Shown one piece after another: positions 24,784 through 38,200 of a stretch of 64,000 nt of DNA. Source of the DNA: Ptychomitrium polyphyllum (Eukaryota); assembly GCA_973851085.1 (NCBI GenBank), contig OZ316776.1, positions 1,612,001 to 1,676,000 on the forward strand. The letters are read 5' to 3'. Numbering within the stretch: the stretch's first letter is position 1; the number at the start of each line of letters is the position of its first letter. The notes beneath the pieces were generated by a model. The model worked only from the letters and a program-made list of their open reading frames with translations. It did not search any database and was not told the origin of the DNA. The translations under genes were made by a program, and so were the position numbers.

Positions 24784-27700
24784 CTAGCCATCCAACCGTA
24801 ATAAGCGATTATCGATGAGTTTCTTGCAGTCTTTACTTCTTCCGCTCACAAATTTCAAGACAGCATTTGCCATCTGTCAGAGAATACACATATGTGAATA
24901 AACTTATATCAGATTATCAAAGCATGGTGCCACGTTACAGTAAGTTCTCATAGTGAACAAGTATCAAACCTTACTAGCAGATTACAGCTTATATAAACAC
25001 GAATTACAGCCAGAGACAAGTAGAGAGATGAGACAGATGCGAAACATTTACCTCATTACAGTGCTGCACAGAGCGCAATGCTAAGAGAGCATCAAGGCAA
25101 CCCTTTTCTTTCATGGCGATGCATACACGTCTTGTTGGCCCATGCGTGACCAACAGCTTCATCAAAACAGCAGCTTGCCATCGGATCCTGCTTGTTTCAC
25201 CATTAAATATTATTTGATTCAGTGCTGAAAGTATGTCGCATTCGAATATCAGTTCGCAGGCAAGTTTACGGGTTTGTGGATCTTTGGCAACCGATGTCTG
25301 CGAAGACCCAAACACAGCCTTTTAAAATTGTCAATCCACTGTTGAAGTCTCTGCTGCCCATATACAGAATTGAAAATTGAACTGGACTAATTCTTTGAGG
25401 CTGGTGTAGTCAGTTAGCTTGCCATGCCTGACTCCTGCATCCTACTGTAAACTCGTCTGACACTGTCGTTACAAGGATAGAACTGGACGACTGCGATACT
25501 AAATACAGCAATCACCATAAGGAATGTAGAGGATAAAAACTTGTGAGTCAGAAGAGAACCTAAAACGCCAGGACAGCTAAGAGTAATAAGGATCAAATGA
25601 TTACCAGTATGATGGTCGAAAAACTCTTGGCATCACCAGTTCTTCCAAAAGCATCGAGCTTCAAAACAGCAGCTAACGATTTGATACCTCCTCCCTTGAG
25701 AAAAGTTTGTTTTCCTCTGGGATCATAGACGAACTTCTCCAGTGCTTTAACAGCAAGCTCAGTCACAACAGACAAGGAATTTTCGTGTTGCTGAAGAACT
25801 TTGAGTAGCAGTGTAACAGCACCTTGTTCTGCTAGCCGCTCACAAGCATATGACCCTGAATGCAAGTAAAATACCATTAGCACGAGCCTCCTTCAAATTC
25901 ATAACTGTAGCATTATAAATCAACTACAACTGTCCAGGTATTTTAAGTCCTCTTCACGGGTTCGCACCATTGCGAACTTCTACTAAAATGTTAATTTCTG
26001 CATAACGTCCTGCGTTATCTAGTTTAGAATTTAGACCTCCTGTAACCCTACGATAAATAATGTAGAATTTTTTTTCTCAAAAAGAAGAGCGTAGAAACAG
26101 AAGTACCAAGTGTAGAGCTACCTTTTGATAACATGAGTACATCTAATCTTGTTATTCCCCCCTCAGTTTGGAGAAATAAGAAATTTTCTAGATTTCAAAG
26201 TTATAACAACCTCACAACAAACCATATATTCACAAAAAAATTTAAACCCTGCTTCAGTTTTCAGTTTCAACTGTCATAGGCTCAACTCGAAGAGAATGGG
26301 GAGATAGCCTACCAGCAAGACTCAAATTTCTGATGAGGATTAGCGCATACTTCATGTTCTCCGTTGTACTGTTAAATTCAACTAAATTAAAGAGACTAAA
26401 TAGCTTATCGGCAATTCTAAGCTCCATAAAAGCATTTCTTATCCTCTTGGCATCTCTAGTTTCAACTTCGGTTTCACTGACGTCAGAACTCATCTCTGCT
26501 AGTATTTTCAACACCAGACCCTGCACCGTTCGCAACAAATGCCAGTGCATCAGCTAAAATATTTATGTCCATTCCTGAAAAGAAACGACCCTAGAGTACT
26601 ATATAGTGATCACTTTCATAGGCATCTGTTTGAACCAAAGTAGATCCTTGTTAGATTGCATTTAAGAGCAGGGATGTTGCAGCCCACATATATTCAAATT
26701 GAAAATCTTTACAGTCTATATGGCGTTGGTAACAGAGTCATCTGATTAAGATGGATAGACCACCTTGCCCGTCAAAACTTAGTTCAAAGTGATCCAAGAC
26801 ATCCTTGACAGCTAAAACCATAAGAATAAATTAATGGATCGATAAATAAATCATCAACTTTTAACAACTAAATAAACTTCCTCAGAATAGTCAATACGAG
26901 GAATGTCTTTCTGAGCAGGATCCTCTCACCTGAATGTCAGTTTCCTTAACTGAGAGATGTTTTATGAGAAGTACATGGACTCGACATTCATGGGTCATTT
27001 TCCTCCCCTCTGTCTCAGCAGCGATAGCTGCAAGGGCCTCAAGAAACTCCTTGATGTGGGACACGTCTAAGGGATCAAGATATTTGTAGAAGAGCTGACA
27101 TGCCTCTGCGAGTTTCTTTTGTCGCGCTACATCCTCATCACGATTGAGCTGAGGATACAGTCTTGCAATCACTAATGCAGCTGCATCCTTCCCCTTAGGA
27201 TCGGGACAATGCTCTAGAAGGGTCAGCAACGCTGAGACACTACGAGAGTCCGAGCAGATCTGGTTCAGTCCCTCTGGAGTCGAGGAAATCAAAGCCAAGC
27301 AACTAGCAATGTGAGTGCAAGCAAACCTTGCATCAATGCTTTTAATTGCTGTTGTCAAAAACCTAGCCTCTAGGACTGGTTCCCTAGTCTCGATAGTTTT
27401 GATAAGTTCCAGTAGGCCATGTGCAGCTTTGTCCTTGGAGAAATTTTCTTGAAGAGATGTTAAAAGAAACACATGACCATCAGCATGTATCACAGCTTCC
27501 TGCAATAAGAAAACAATAGCGAAATCAATACTTTAATTTTCGGATGGTAGAGAGCGGACGTTGTTCTTCAAGAACGAACTTGGAGAGAATCTTACTCAGG
27601 AAAATTGAATTTGAAAACTAATTTGTTGGTTTACGCTGTTAGCAGAACAATCTCAAGCTTTTAGATACATGTACTTTTCTGCATGGGAACATCTATTCGG

Positions 27701-30700
27701 AGTCAGTTAAACGCTGATATAACCATGAAAAGGGCAACGTGTACCTGACAAGCTTTCCCGCTCCCGCAGAACATAGACAAGGTGGCAGTCAGCAACACCT
27801 TGAATTTGAATCTGGTAGGATCGTTCACATGATCCCTCACATATTTTACAAGGATATACAGACCACGCAGACCTGGTTCTGCAATTCGACGGCGGACATT
27901 GACATCTTCTTTTGCCATCTCGAGGAGTGCAGAAGCGCAGCTTTGACTACCCGGGCCACCAGGGTCTTTTTCCAACAAGTTTAGTGTAGCCTCCAAAGCT
28001 CCTTTTGTCTTCACAAACATGTCAGCAAAGTCTGCCTTGCCTTTAACCATCAAGTCTAAGAGCCCAGCAGCTGCATTCCTCTCTTCAATTGGCCACTTCT
28101 CATCAAGAAAATCAAGAATAGTTTGAAATGGCAGCTGATCAACAGGAATTGCGACTCTTGAGGAAAAATCTTGCAAGGCAACTAGTGCATCCCGTTGGCA
28201 ATTCACATTCGAATCTTGCAGCAAAGTCTGCAAGAAAAGATTAAAACTACTTACATCACCGTCAATAAGAATCAGATGTCAGACAACACCTTGGATCATG
28301 CAAACGAACAGGCTTGGCCTCGAGGAAAGGAGATAAACATTTCATGTGAAAAAGGAAGTACCACAAGTGTGCCAATGCCTCCCGCCTCTTTTAACTCGGT
28401 TAAGTGTTGTTTCTCCGCCACCAACACCCTGAGCTTACTGGAAACTTGCCGTCGACAAGTCTGATCTTCGGATCTGGAAACTTTTACCAGGATCTTAATC
28501 CCATCGACAAGTGTAGCTTGAGTGCTTTGCACATCAATCTGATCAAGAATGGATAGGATTTCAAGTCGGGACTCATCTAAAATTCCCGAACTTTCTCCAT
28601 GCACCATTTCCTCAAGTGTTTTACGCTCTTCGGCGTTATCTCTTAAGACAGATTGAGCCGTGTGCTTTCCGTGAGTCACACAGTAGCAAAGCAATCTTAC
28701 AGAACGAATCAATAAATTCTTCAGATTCTTCAGTTGCTCGTCCATATTTTCCTGCTGTGGAAGAAGCGGTGAAGGTACCAGAAGGTTCTCTATTTCAGTT
28801 CTGATACCTTTCATCATTTTCAAGAGGTATAGAAACAGATATTTGTTGATATTCTCTTTGTAAAAGCCGCACAGTTTCGTCATTATACTTATGATTGCTG
28901 TCCTCCCAGGCACGGTGATGTGAGCTTCAAATCCTTCAGTCACCATAAGCTCCGACATATCGTTCCAAATCACCACGTAGACCTCATTTGTCGATGTGGC
29001 ATTGCCCATTTCCAGGACCTGGTTCTCCAAAGCAACAAGTGAATCCTTCACCAAGCTAGTCAACTCCGGTTGGTAGCTGAGCCCTTTAGACCAACAAATC
29101 GATAGTGAGTAAACACAAATTGAGTCTAATTTGCATCTCATGACAGGCGGGTGCGTAAAATCATAAAATAAAAAATATGAGCAAGGACATTCTGTACAGA
29201 AGATCTCGGAATGATGACCCAGATCATGGGTTTGAATTATACCTCTGCGTAACAATTTAAGTAAAGCTGCAACAATCATCTGAGTTTTGTCCCCTCTCTT
29301 TGAACATTTTGCCAGACGTTGCAATCCCTTAAGACTAACAGCATCTGCTCTTTTGAGATCCTTATGACTCACACTCGCAGGATCCACATTCGAGAACGCA
29401 ACTAACGCTGGTACAATACCGTCATAGCTTCTCATCGTCTTTCGTACCTGGCACATTGCAGCAGAATTTGACTTTCCACGTTTTAAGTGGATTCACATAA
29501 CTTATCAATACCGAAATTGCTACACACTAAACAATGCTACTATGTAAAACGTCAGCCGAATAGCAAGCAGAGATTTAGTCGATCACACAAGAATCATAAC
29601 AGTAGAGGAAATTACAATACCTGTCTGTTCAACAAAATGTTAACAACAGTCTCAGCAGCTAGGAGACGAGTTCTGGTAAGCCTCCCTTCCTTCATTAACG
29701 AGATGAGGACGTCCAAACCATCGGCTACCTCCAGAGTAATTTCACTGTCAGACCCAGCCCCTTTCTCAGACGTAAGCGCCACCATTAACTTCATCTGCAC
29801 AGAGATTTAATAAGGTGTCAAACATGGACATCTGTCGGGAATAAACCCATATAAAATTAAGTATAAGATGAGTGCTTCAAAAAGGCATTGTGAATAGTGC
29901 GTACCGCAAGCTTAGAATATTGTGGGTCCTGCGTCTTTGCTAACTCTAAAACAGTCGGTATAGCTTTCATTGGTGGAACTGGTGGTGCTGGTGGAGCTGG
30001 TTGAGGTCGAATATATTTTGCATTGAAAACTGCAAGCGGGCCTCCTGGCAGTGACGCGCACTTGATAAGATGAGTGATTCCCGTCAGAACTTTTGGTTTA
30101 GTCGTTGAAATCAGGTATTCCACTCCGATATGCGCTTTCTTGTCCAAAGATTCATCGAATACGACACCCTCAAGATTAGCATCACTTGATTCTCCCTCTT
30201 CGGTTGACGACTGTTCTGCTGCCGGCTGTACTTCTGCTTCTCCGAAACTGTTTAACGAGATTCCATCAACATTTTCTTTTGTAATCCGTCAAGAAGTTAA
30301 GTGGACACTGGTGACGCTAATTTCATATGCACAATATTAAAAAGTCGTTTATAATTCAGAGTAACTGACTGTTGAAACGTTTCGTTCCAATGGGTTGCTG
30401 AAAAGCTTAGGGACGACCACAGATATGGATTTGCGTACATTCTAAGAGGACGCAGAAGTCAGGAAAGTACCAGGATATGACATTCTGGAGAGCAACATTG
30501 ATGCGGAAGTTTTTGCTGATCTCATTTTTAGTAACAGGACAAGTCGAATACCCACATCTAAACCGCTCCTCAATGCAAGGCTTGCAAAACGACAAACCGC
30601 TGTCAACCAGGACTGGGCATATCATGAGACATGCGCAAATACCACACTTCAATTTGGCCTTGACGTCTGCCAGGATAATGTTTTTAACTGCTGTTTTCTC

Positions 30701-32481
30701 TTGAATAACAACGAGAGACAGAAGAAGCTGCTGTAACAACTCATTATCCACATTTTGCTCGGCGTGTAATATGCAATCCGCATTTTCCTTTATTTCCTGA
30801 AAAAACATTACTTTAGAATTAGTGCAAATACTAGAAGCCAACAATGCGCATCCGGGAAATAGCTAATGAAAATATTAGTTTGGGCTAGACTTTCTCAAGA
30901 AAATTAATTGGTTAAAAGCTATTGAATGCTATCTCGGAAAGGGGGTATGAATAACATCTGTATCATTTCCATTAAAGAAGCCCATCTTTATTTAAATACT
31001 TACTTGCAATTCCTGCCTGATAGAATCAACTTCTGAACCAAGGTATTTGGCAAGCCAAGTACTTATAGGAATCGCATCTTCTGAGGTTCCCGATTCAGAT
31101 GGATTAACGCAAAGAAACTCCAACAACTGTTTCAAAGACACAATCTGTTTTAAGTACATCAAGAAACAAAACTTGCTCCAGTGCTGTGAAGTATATAAAA
31201 AGGGCGTTCTTAGGCACTTTTTGCAGCCTGATGAAGTGATCATCATAATATCCACCACTTCAGCAGCTGTCCCATGAGCCCGTGTTCCATATTGCTGCCA
31301 AATGCTGACAAACTTCTGCATGCATTTATCTTGATCCAGGAGCTACCTAGGATCCAATGGTCAACCGGACCTTATACAGTCTCAATACGGCTAAAGATTT
31401 TGCTAGACCAGACCAAGCTGTCAGTAGCACAAGCATCTCAAATAATCGATTAGGACACGCTTAACAGCACAATTATCTCAAATCAATTTGGGCATTGCTT
31501 AATAGCTGACACAGCAGATATAGAAATGCACCTTCGTCTTGAATTTGGTTTCAGCCAAGGTTAACTCACTATCCACTCCTCCGTCTCTAAGTCCCTGTAT
31601 TACTTTGTCCAAATTCTCAATAATGACTCTAGCTGCTTCTCTCTTTGCTGGTTTCACCTGTGCAAACGAGTACATAATTTCAGCTCAACAAAGCATATTA
31701 GCATGTTCAATGCCCACTACGCTTGGGACTCTATATTGAGATTGTAATTGAGTATGCAGAACTTGGACAACGAAACTGATTTAACGCAGTCGAAATCCAA
31801 ATTCAAACGGACTACACCACTGTGCTAGTAAGGCTTCCTTTCAGTAAAGTAGACTTCATACATAGAAACAATTCAACCCCTGAATTTAAGCAATACCTGC
31901 AACCTGCAAAAAGATTTCTGAATCCCCATGACCGTATTGCTCAATTCGTCTGCAAACGTAGATTTGTAAAGTAAGACCCGGAGCTTGCTCTTTTTCCATT
32001 TTGCTGCCAAACTGTTACCACAAGCAAAATTCAAGTTTCAAAAATTAACCCTAAAAATGTGGGTTACTGGTCTAGGTCGCAGCGTAACTGCTCAATGGTC
32101 TCACCGAATATATTACCTATGCCGTGCAGCCCGCCCCAAGTTTGTCGAAATAGGATCGTTTGAGAACAGATGGTTTGACAACATATTAAACAAGTGAAAG
32201 AAGTGAATTCAAAAGGCCTCAAAAGAACACGAAAACCTCACTTTGATAGTCAAAAGGCATTACCTCAGAGCATTCTGAAGGGCATCCTGAAATTTCTTGA
32301 AAGCAGATTTTCCCTCTGTCGTTGGCCATGACTCGTATGTTTTCTTTAACAGCAAACTTTGCAGGCTAGTAATCGCTTCAATAAGAATCTCATTTAGATT
32401 CGAGATGTGAGGAAGATCTTGCAACTCAGTAATGGCTGAGAGAAGCAAATCCGACTTTACAGCATCAGCAGGGATAGTCAT
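24784..32481 (-). CDS. Large plant U-box/ARM-repeat E3-ligase-like protein with N-terminal helical domain (about 16 exons)
   Basis: ATG at 32481 (MTIPADAVKSDLLLSAITELQ..). Further exons near 32011-31897, 31657-31532, 31318-31004, 30797-30440 (U-box-like KCGICACLMICPVLVDSGLSFCKPCIEERFRCGYSTCPVT..INVALQNVI), then ARM-like exons from about 30250 to 25050 (e.g. GGIGTLV, GAVTLLLKVL, GGIKSLAAVL, GCLDALLAL). Last exon 24873-24784 ends ..LLRLDG*. Not every junction was phase-checked. Confidence 0.8.
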
Positions 32482-35246
32482 TTTGCCTAGTTGCTCGCTG
32501 CACGAGTGCCACGAGAACATTACTTTTCATCAGAACTGTCCAGTTCAACCAAAACCAACTATCTCACAATAGTACATCACTCGAAAAAAAATACCACTAA
32601 ATTCTCCAACAAAAAATTCCTCGGCCCTTCTCAAAACGTCAATGGCCACAAATCCCACAAGCCCGACAGAGGACCCAAAACCTGCACTCAGAACAGATAC
32701 TTTACATTAATGCACGACCAGAAAGTATCCAACCAAGTCTCCGTTACTCTCCGTAAACTATCATGAAAGAATTCCGAGAGCTCCTAAAAAATAATGCAGA
32801 TAAATGTGAACAAGGTTGGATTTGCAATCGTCCAGGAAAGCCACCAATCAAGATTCTAATCATGCTGAAGCATCCAGCAGTAACTAGCACGTTTATCTTG
32901 ATGTGAAAACCCCCTGCTTGCTCTCTTTAACCACATGACAAGACACTTCGTAAATTGAAGCCTTAGCCGAATGTACACGTCTTTCTGCACAGACACTCGT
33001 CCTATTTCCCTCACGACACCAGAGAAAAGAGTTTGGTGTCGTATTTGATTCATGGAAGGAGATTAATTGCCCTACCTAGCAGGTTGAATTAATCCAAAAT
33101 CTGAACATCAAAAATTATCTACAATGACAGACATCAGTTAGAGACCACGCACAACTCGATCACCCGAAAGAGAGGAAAAAAAGTCAATTCAGCTGATAGC
33201 AATCTTTGAAGAGTTAAGCTAGTTGTCAAGTTTTGAAGTGAACAGAGATAGAACATCATAAAATGCTCGTTTCCAATTTGACTAGCGCAAGAAACAGGCA
33301 GGAATGTTGCAGAAAATACCAGAACCACAGAATGGAGAAGTGGAAAGTGGAAAGGGAAGAGGAAAATTATTGAAAGGATGAAGCAGTGACCAACATCTTT
33401 AAAAACCCCAGAAAGTAGAGAAAAGAGTACAGTGAGCTTGAAGACCACCGCCCAAAACTTCCAGCTCCACGGAAACCACAAACTGCCCGCACTCTGCGAG
33501 ATTCCTCAACTCCCACTATTTCCTCTCCCCTGCTCTACCTTCACAGCTTTGCAAAACCCCACTCATCAACCTCGACGGCTAACTACAATACCACCATCAT
33601 ACCGACAAGACCATCAAGCTCACCAGTACGAATTCACCTAAATCCAACCTTCGCCAAACGCCGCAAACACAGAGGACTTCTCAACCTCAAGGTCCTCCAC
33701 AAAACCACCCATAAGTGATGACTCATCTTCCTGTCACAAACACAATCTGCCGCGACGAAACCAAAATCACCCAGAAATTTTGTTCTCACAAACTCCTCAA
33801 AGTCTCAAAATTTAGTTCACGCACGCACTTACGTCAAATCCACGAAAGTCATATCATTCCATTCTCCCGCCATGTGAGCATGCCGCCCAAACTCACTCTC
33901 ATATCGCGGCAGCGCTCCACAGACAAGCAATCCTCGCGGCTACACCCCTCCAGCCAAACGGAGCCCCATTCGCAGCGTCAATAATGACAATCAATCCTCT
34001 CTTTCTGGGCTATCAGGGGACCGCAATCCCAGAGGTTGGTTGGAGCGAAAGTTGACTTTTCCATTCATCGCGAGCGCATCACCTTACATACCAACTGAAT
34101 CGGCTACCACTTCGCACGGTTGTTCAAACCCGCCAGCCTAACATATTGCTTGCATCTTTCGGAGTTTCCTTTCCCCAGAGGCTCAGAACCTGCTTCCTGG
34201 GTTTGTTCGTTCGTTTGTAAATCGACGAGAAAGGTAGCACCCGATGTGGTGGTAAGGGACGAGAGTTTGAAGCCCATTTGGAAACTGCGGCGACAAATGG
34301 ACAACGTCGTGACGGGTTGTAAACAGTGAAATCGTTGATAAAGTGGGCGACCTCACAAAGTCAAATCATCTCGTCAACGACCCAGGAATCTCAAGAGCGG
34401 AGGATATGGATGGTGGTGCCGCTTGCAGGCAGTCGGGGACGCGGCCCAATTATTCGAATCTATAACACGTCTCGTAAGCGTCCTGGCCGTTGCGGAGGAG
34501 GCAGGTTTTCTAGCAATCATCTCATGCGTTAGTTTTCACTTGACATCGGTTTCCTAACCAGTTGTCGCTGATGACTCGTCAAGGATCCACCACGACTCAG
34601 AGAAGTCGACAAAGTGAGATTCATTAACAATTGCGGAGGTTTGCTACAGAGACGGTAGAGCAAATTCATGCACATCTCCCGGGCACGGGAATCAGTGTCT
34701 CACTGAGCAACTTTTGAGGTAATGATCCGTCTTTGGTGGTCAAGACAACTTGGTGGAATAGGTCTTTCCTAGAAGTGGGAAAGAGGGAAATCTGTTCCAT
34801 GAATCGTACATTTAAGGGTTTTACAAATCGACATATACCACTGAATTTGGTATTGCTAGGCGAAAACTCTAAGTGCGTGTTGCAGGTGGAATCCATAGCA
34901 GATTCTGATTGCAGCTTGGAAGGCAATCAATCTTTTTTTCTCTAAACCCGTCGGTAGTTCAAACGTTCATGCTGCCGTGAGGTTTGCACAAGAAGAGAGC
35001 CATTAAAGAATGCGCCTGCTCTACTTTCTGAGGATACTCATCCCGGTAGCTGAGAATGTGTTACGTGGCTGTTTGTTGCGTCGCGAGACCACATCTCCAT
35101 TCTAGATGTCGCGTCCAAGAGTTGCTGGGCAGATCAACAGCCGGTTGGACAATGGATCAGATCGAGAGCTCCAGATGTCCTGAAAGTTAAAATCCTGGTC
35201 GAAGATGAACCGGGCCAGAAGGATGAACCACTCTTATTGTACAAAG

Positions 35247-38200
35247 CTACCGCCGCTCTGGGCAATCAGTTGCACAGTGACCCGGTTTGTTGCAGATGTA
35301 GCATGTCCCTCCAAATGAACCCCTGATTCAGACAAGGCAGTCCACTTCAATACGGTGGAAGATTTCACTTCAAAGCAAATAATACAAGATATGACACATT
35401 TGGATGATGCATATGCCTAACTGTGAAATGTAGAGATGATCTTACTTGTCAGAGCTACCAAAAGAGCCACTGCTGAAGCTGTCACTCTCGGAAGGGCTGC
35501 TCCTCCTGCTCCAGTCATCTGCACGGCCTGAGCTACTTCGGTCAATAATCCTGCCTCCATTGAAACGCTCACTGCTACTAAAACGATCGTTGCTGAAGCG
35601 GCCGCGCTCACTCGAACGATCACTGGTTAAACGGTTACTGCTGAAGCGATCATTACTTGAGCGATCACTGCTGAATTTATCACTTCCACTTCGTCCGCCA
35701 AAGCGGTCACTGTCCCTGAATCGGTCACCGAGGCCTCTTCCACCACCACGACCGCGACAGAAACTTCCCCACCGCTGCCTCCACCTCTTGAAAAGCGGCC
35801 ATACATGTCATCACTGCTTTCTGAGCCTCCGAACTCGAATTCCTCCAGCTTCGGAAGCACCAAATCCAGATAAATAGTAAGATTTTTTGTACTACCGTAT
35901 TATACGAGAAAGATTGACGTGTTAAAAAAACTCCAGAATAAACATGCCCGCACAAGTTTTTGGCAAGTTAGTCTTAACTACAAATACATTGCATTTAACC
36001 AGAAGAAATTGTCCCTGTGATCATTTGGGTGCTATAAAAGATTCTGAGAAAGACAAAGCTCGGGTTTCTGAATCTAAAATACACTCACGAGGCAACGAGA
36101 AAAAACAGTTTATAAGAGTAGTACCGATTTGCAGATATCGATAACCTCGCCTTGTGGTGTTGGTCTCTCCAAGAGTACCTTCTAAAACCTGGTCGCTTCA
36201 GCAAATCAAACACTACACCGTCGGTCTTGAGATCATCAATAATCTTGATCTTACCCACTTTGTCAGCCGCCGTCTGCAAAATGTCTAACAAGACGCCCAT
36301 TACAACACGAGGGATAATTAGTCGAGATGTTTTAGGCCGCACCAAGCGAAGTGTTGTAAAGCCCTGGCAAAAAAATGGGAAAAATCCATATTCACACATC
36401 GCCACCAGGTCTTCCAGTACTAGGCTTCAATTCAAATCTGCCATTGAAGACATAGACTACTAATCAGGGGCACAACTTTTGTGTTGTTGAAAGATGTGTA
36501 TACAAATGAACGTGAACGTACCTCGTCTTGAGTTATAAGAGAGCGGGATGCCGGGAGCTGGGTAAAGCCAGCCAAACGAGCAAGAGCTGCGGCAAATGCA
36601 GTAGGACCCTGCTCCTTTAAAAGTTCTTCAGCAATTGGCATGAACACTTGAGCTACTTCAGGATGAACCGGCTTGATAACCTCGATGGCATTTTCACTGC
36701 TAGCCCTCAACACATCCTCCATTCTGGGAGCACTTATTTTCATAAACTTGCACCCAACATCTCTCTCGATAAGCCTCATTGTTCGCACTTGCCTGTCGGA
36801 GTACATGAGAATAGCTGTTCCTGCCTTGCCAGCCCGACCTGTTCGTCCAGAAACGATGCACAAAAGTTTCTGGGTCATTGGGTATTTCATAGTGGATAAT
36901 CTGCATCCGCGTGATGCACTGTAGTTATTAAACTCACTAGCTAGCTATCAAGCAACTGCAAACCAAGAAGGGAACATTCACAAGTTAAAGCTGAAGACAA
37001 AAACTTACCAGGTCTACATTAGAAATGTCTAAACCACGAGCAGCGACATCAGTAGCAACAAGAACCGAAAAACTCCCATCAGTAGCAACCAAGGATTCGA
37101 CCCATGGCTGAGGCAACATCATCTGCATCTCGCTTTGATTGTGTGAACACTATAGTTTTTCCTCCCTTACCGTAAACCTGCGTACATCATCCACAACATG
37201 TTTTTAAAAATTACAAATCTGTGTCATCTATTCACAAAAAGATGTCTAAGAAGTGAAACACTGAGAGATTCAAAAGGGTTACGATAAGAAGGGCATACCG
37301 CGATTAAGTCGTTCAAAATAGAGCGTTTGGCTTGTGGAACTGTTGACACGGCATACAACTTGATATTATCTGCCAACTTCTCATCACTCTCGCCAACCTC
37401 CCAGAAACAGAAACGAGAAGAACGTCAACCTTCGGCAAAACAAGAATTGCACAGGCCTCTAAAACAGATTTTCATAAAACATTACTTTTCCTACCTTACA
37501 CAACGGACAGAAAACAAAGAAAACAACAGACGATATCTTACCAAGTCGATTGTCAACGCATTATTTAGATATATTTCCGAGCAAGCTTCTTCACCCAGGT
37601 GGGCATAGTAGTCGAGAACAGCATGCCCTGCGGCTGGTTTGGCATCTGTTCCAAAATCTGCTCTGCATCCTCTTCAAACCCGACGGCAAGCATATGGTCA
37701 GCTTCGTCTAAAACCAAAAAATGAACCTCGTCCAAACGCAATGAGCCCCTACTGATTAAATCAAGTATACGACCCGGCGTTCCAACAGCAAAGTCTACAC
37801 CCCTAGTTAACTGGCGCTGTTGAGTGGTAATAGAAACTCCTCCATAAACACATACTGTAGATAGCATGGGTGCTGATTCCATAAATTCACGTTCCACTTG
37901 CTTTGCAAGTTCTCGTGCAAGCGCTAAAACCAGAGCCCGCGGTGCTCGACCAGATCGCCTGCATTTCATTACCGATGCATAATGTTTAAACATTCCAAAC
38001 AAGAAAAAAAGATCGACAAATTCGAGAAAAAGCTTCTTCATGCAAATTATGAACTAAGAAGAATATTCTCAAACTCTATAACGAAACAAGCAAAAACATC
38101 ATCGAGCCCTCAGCAGCAATGAGCTTTAAATACGACGGTACTTATTAATACAAATTTTAAAACAAGAGAAAAATTAGCTATTAAAGGAGACACCGATAAT

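Noticed and set aside
35446..35877. Plus-strand ORF with LLKRS repeats
   Set aside because: It is the antisense shadow of the RH3 Ser/Asp/Arg repeat exon.
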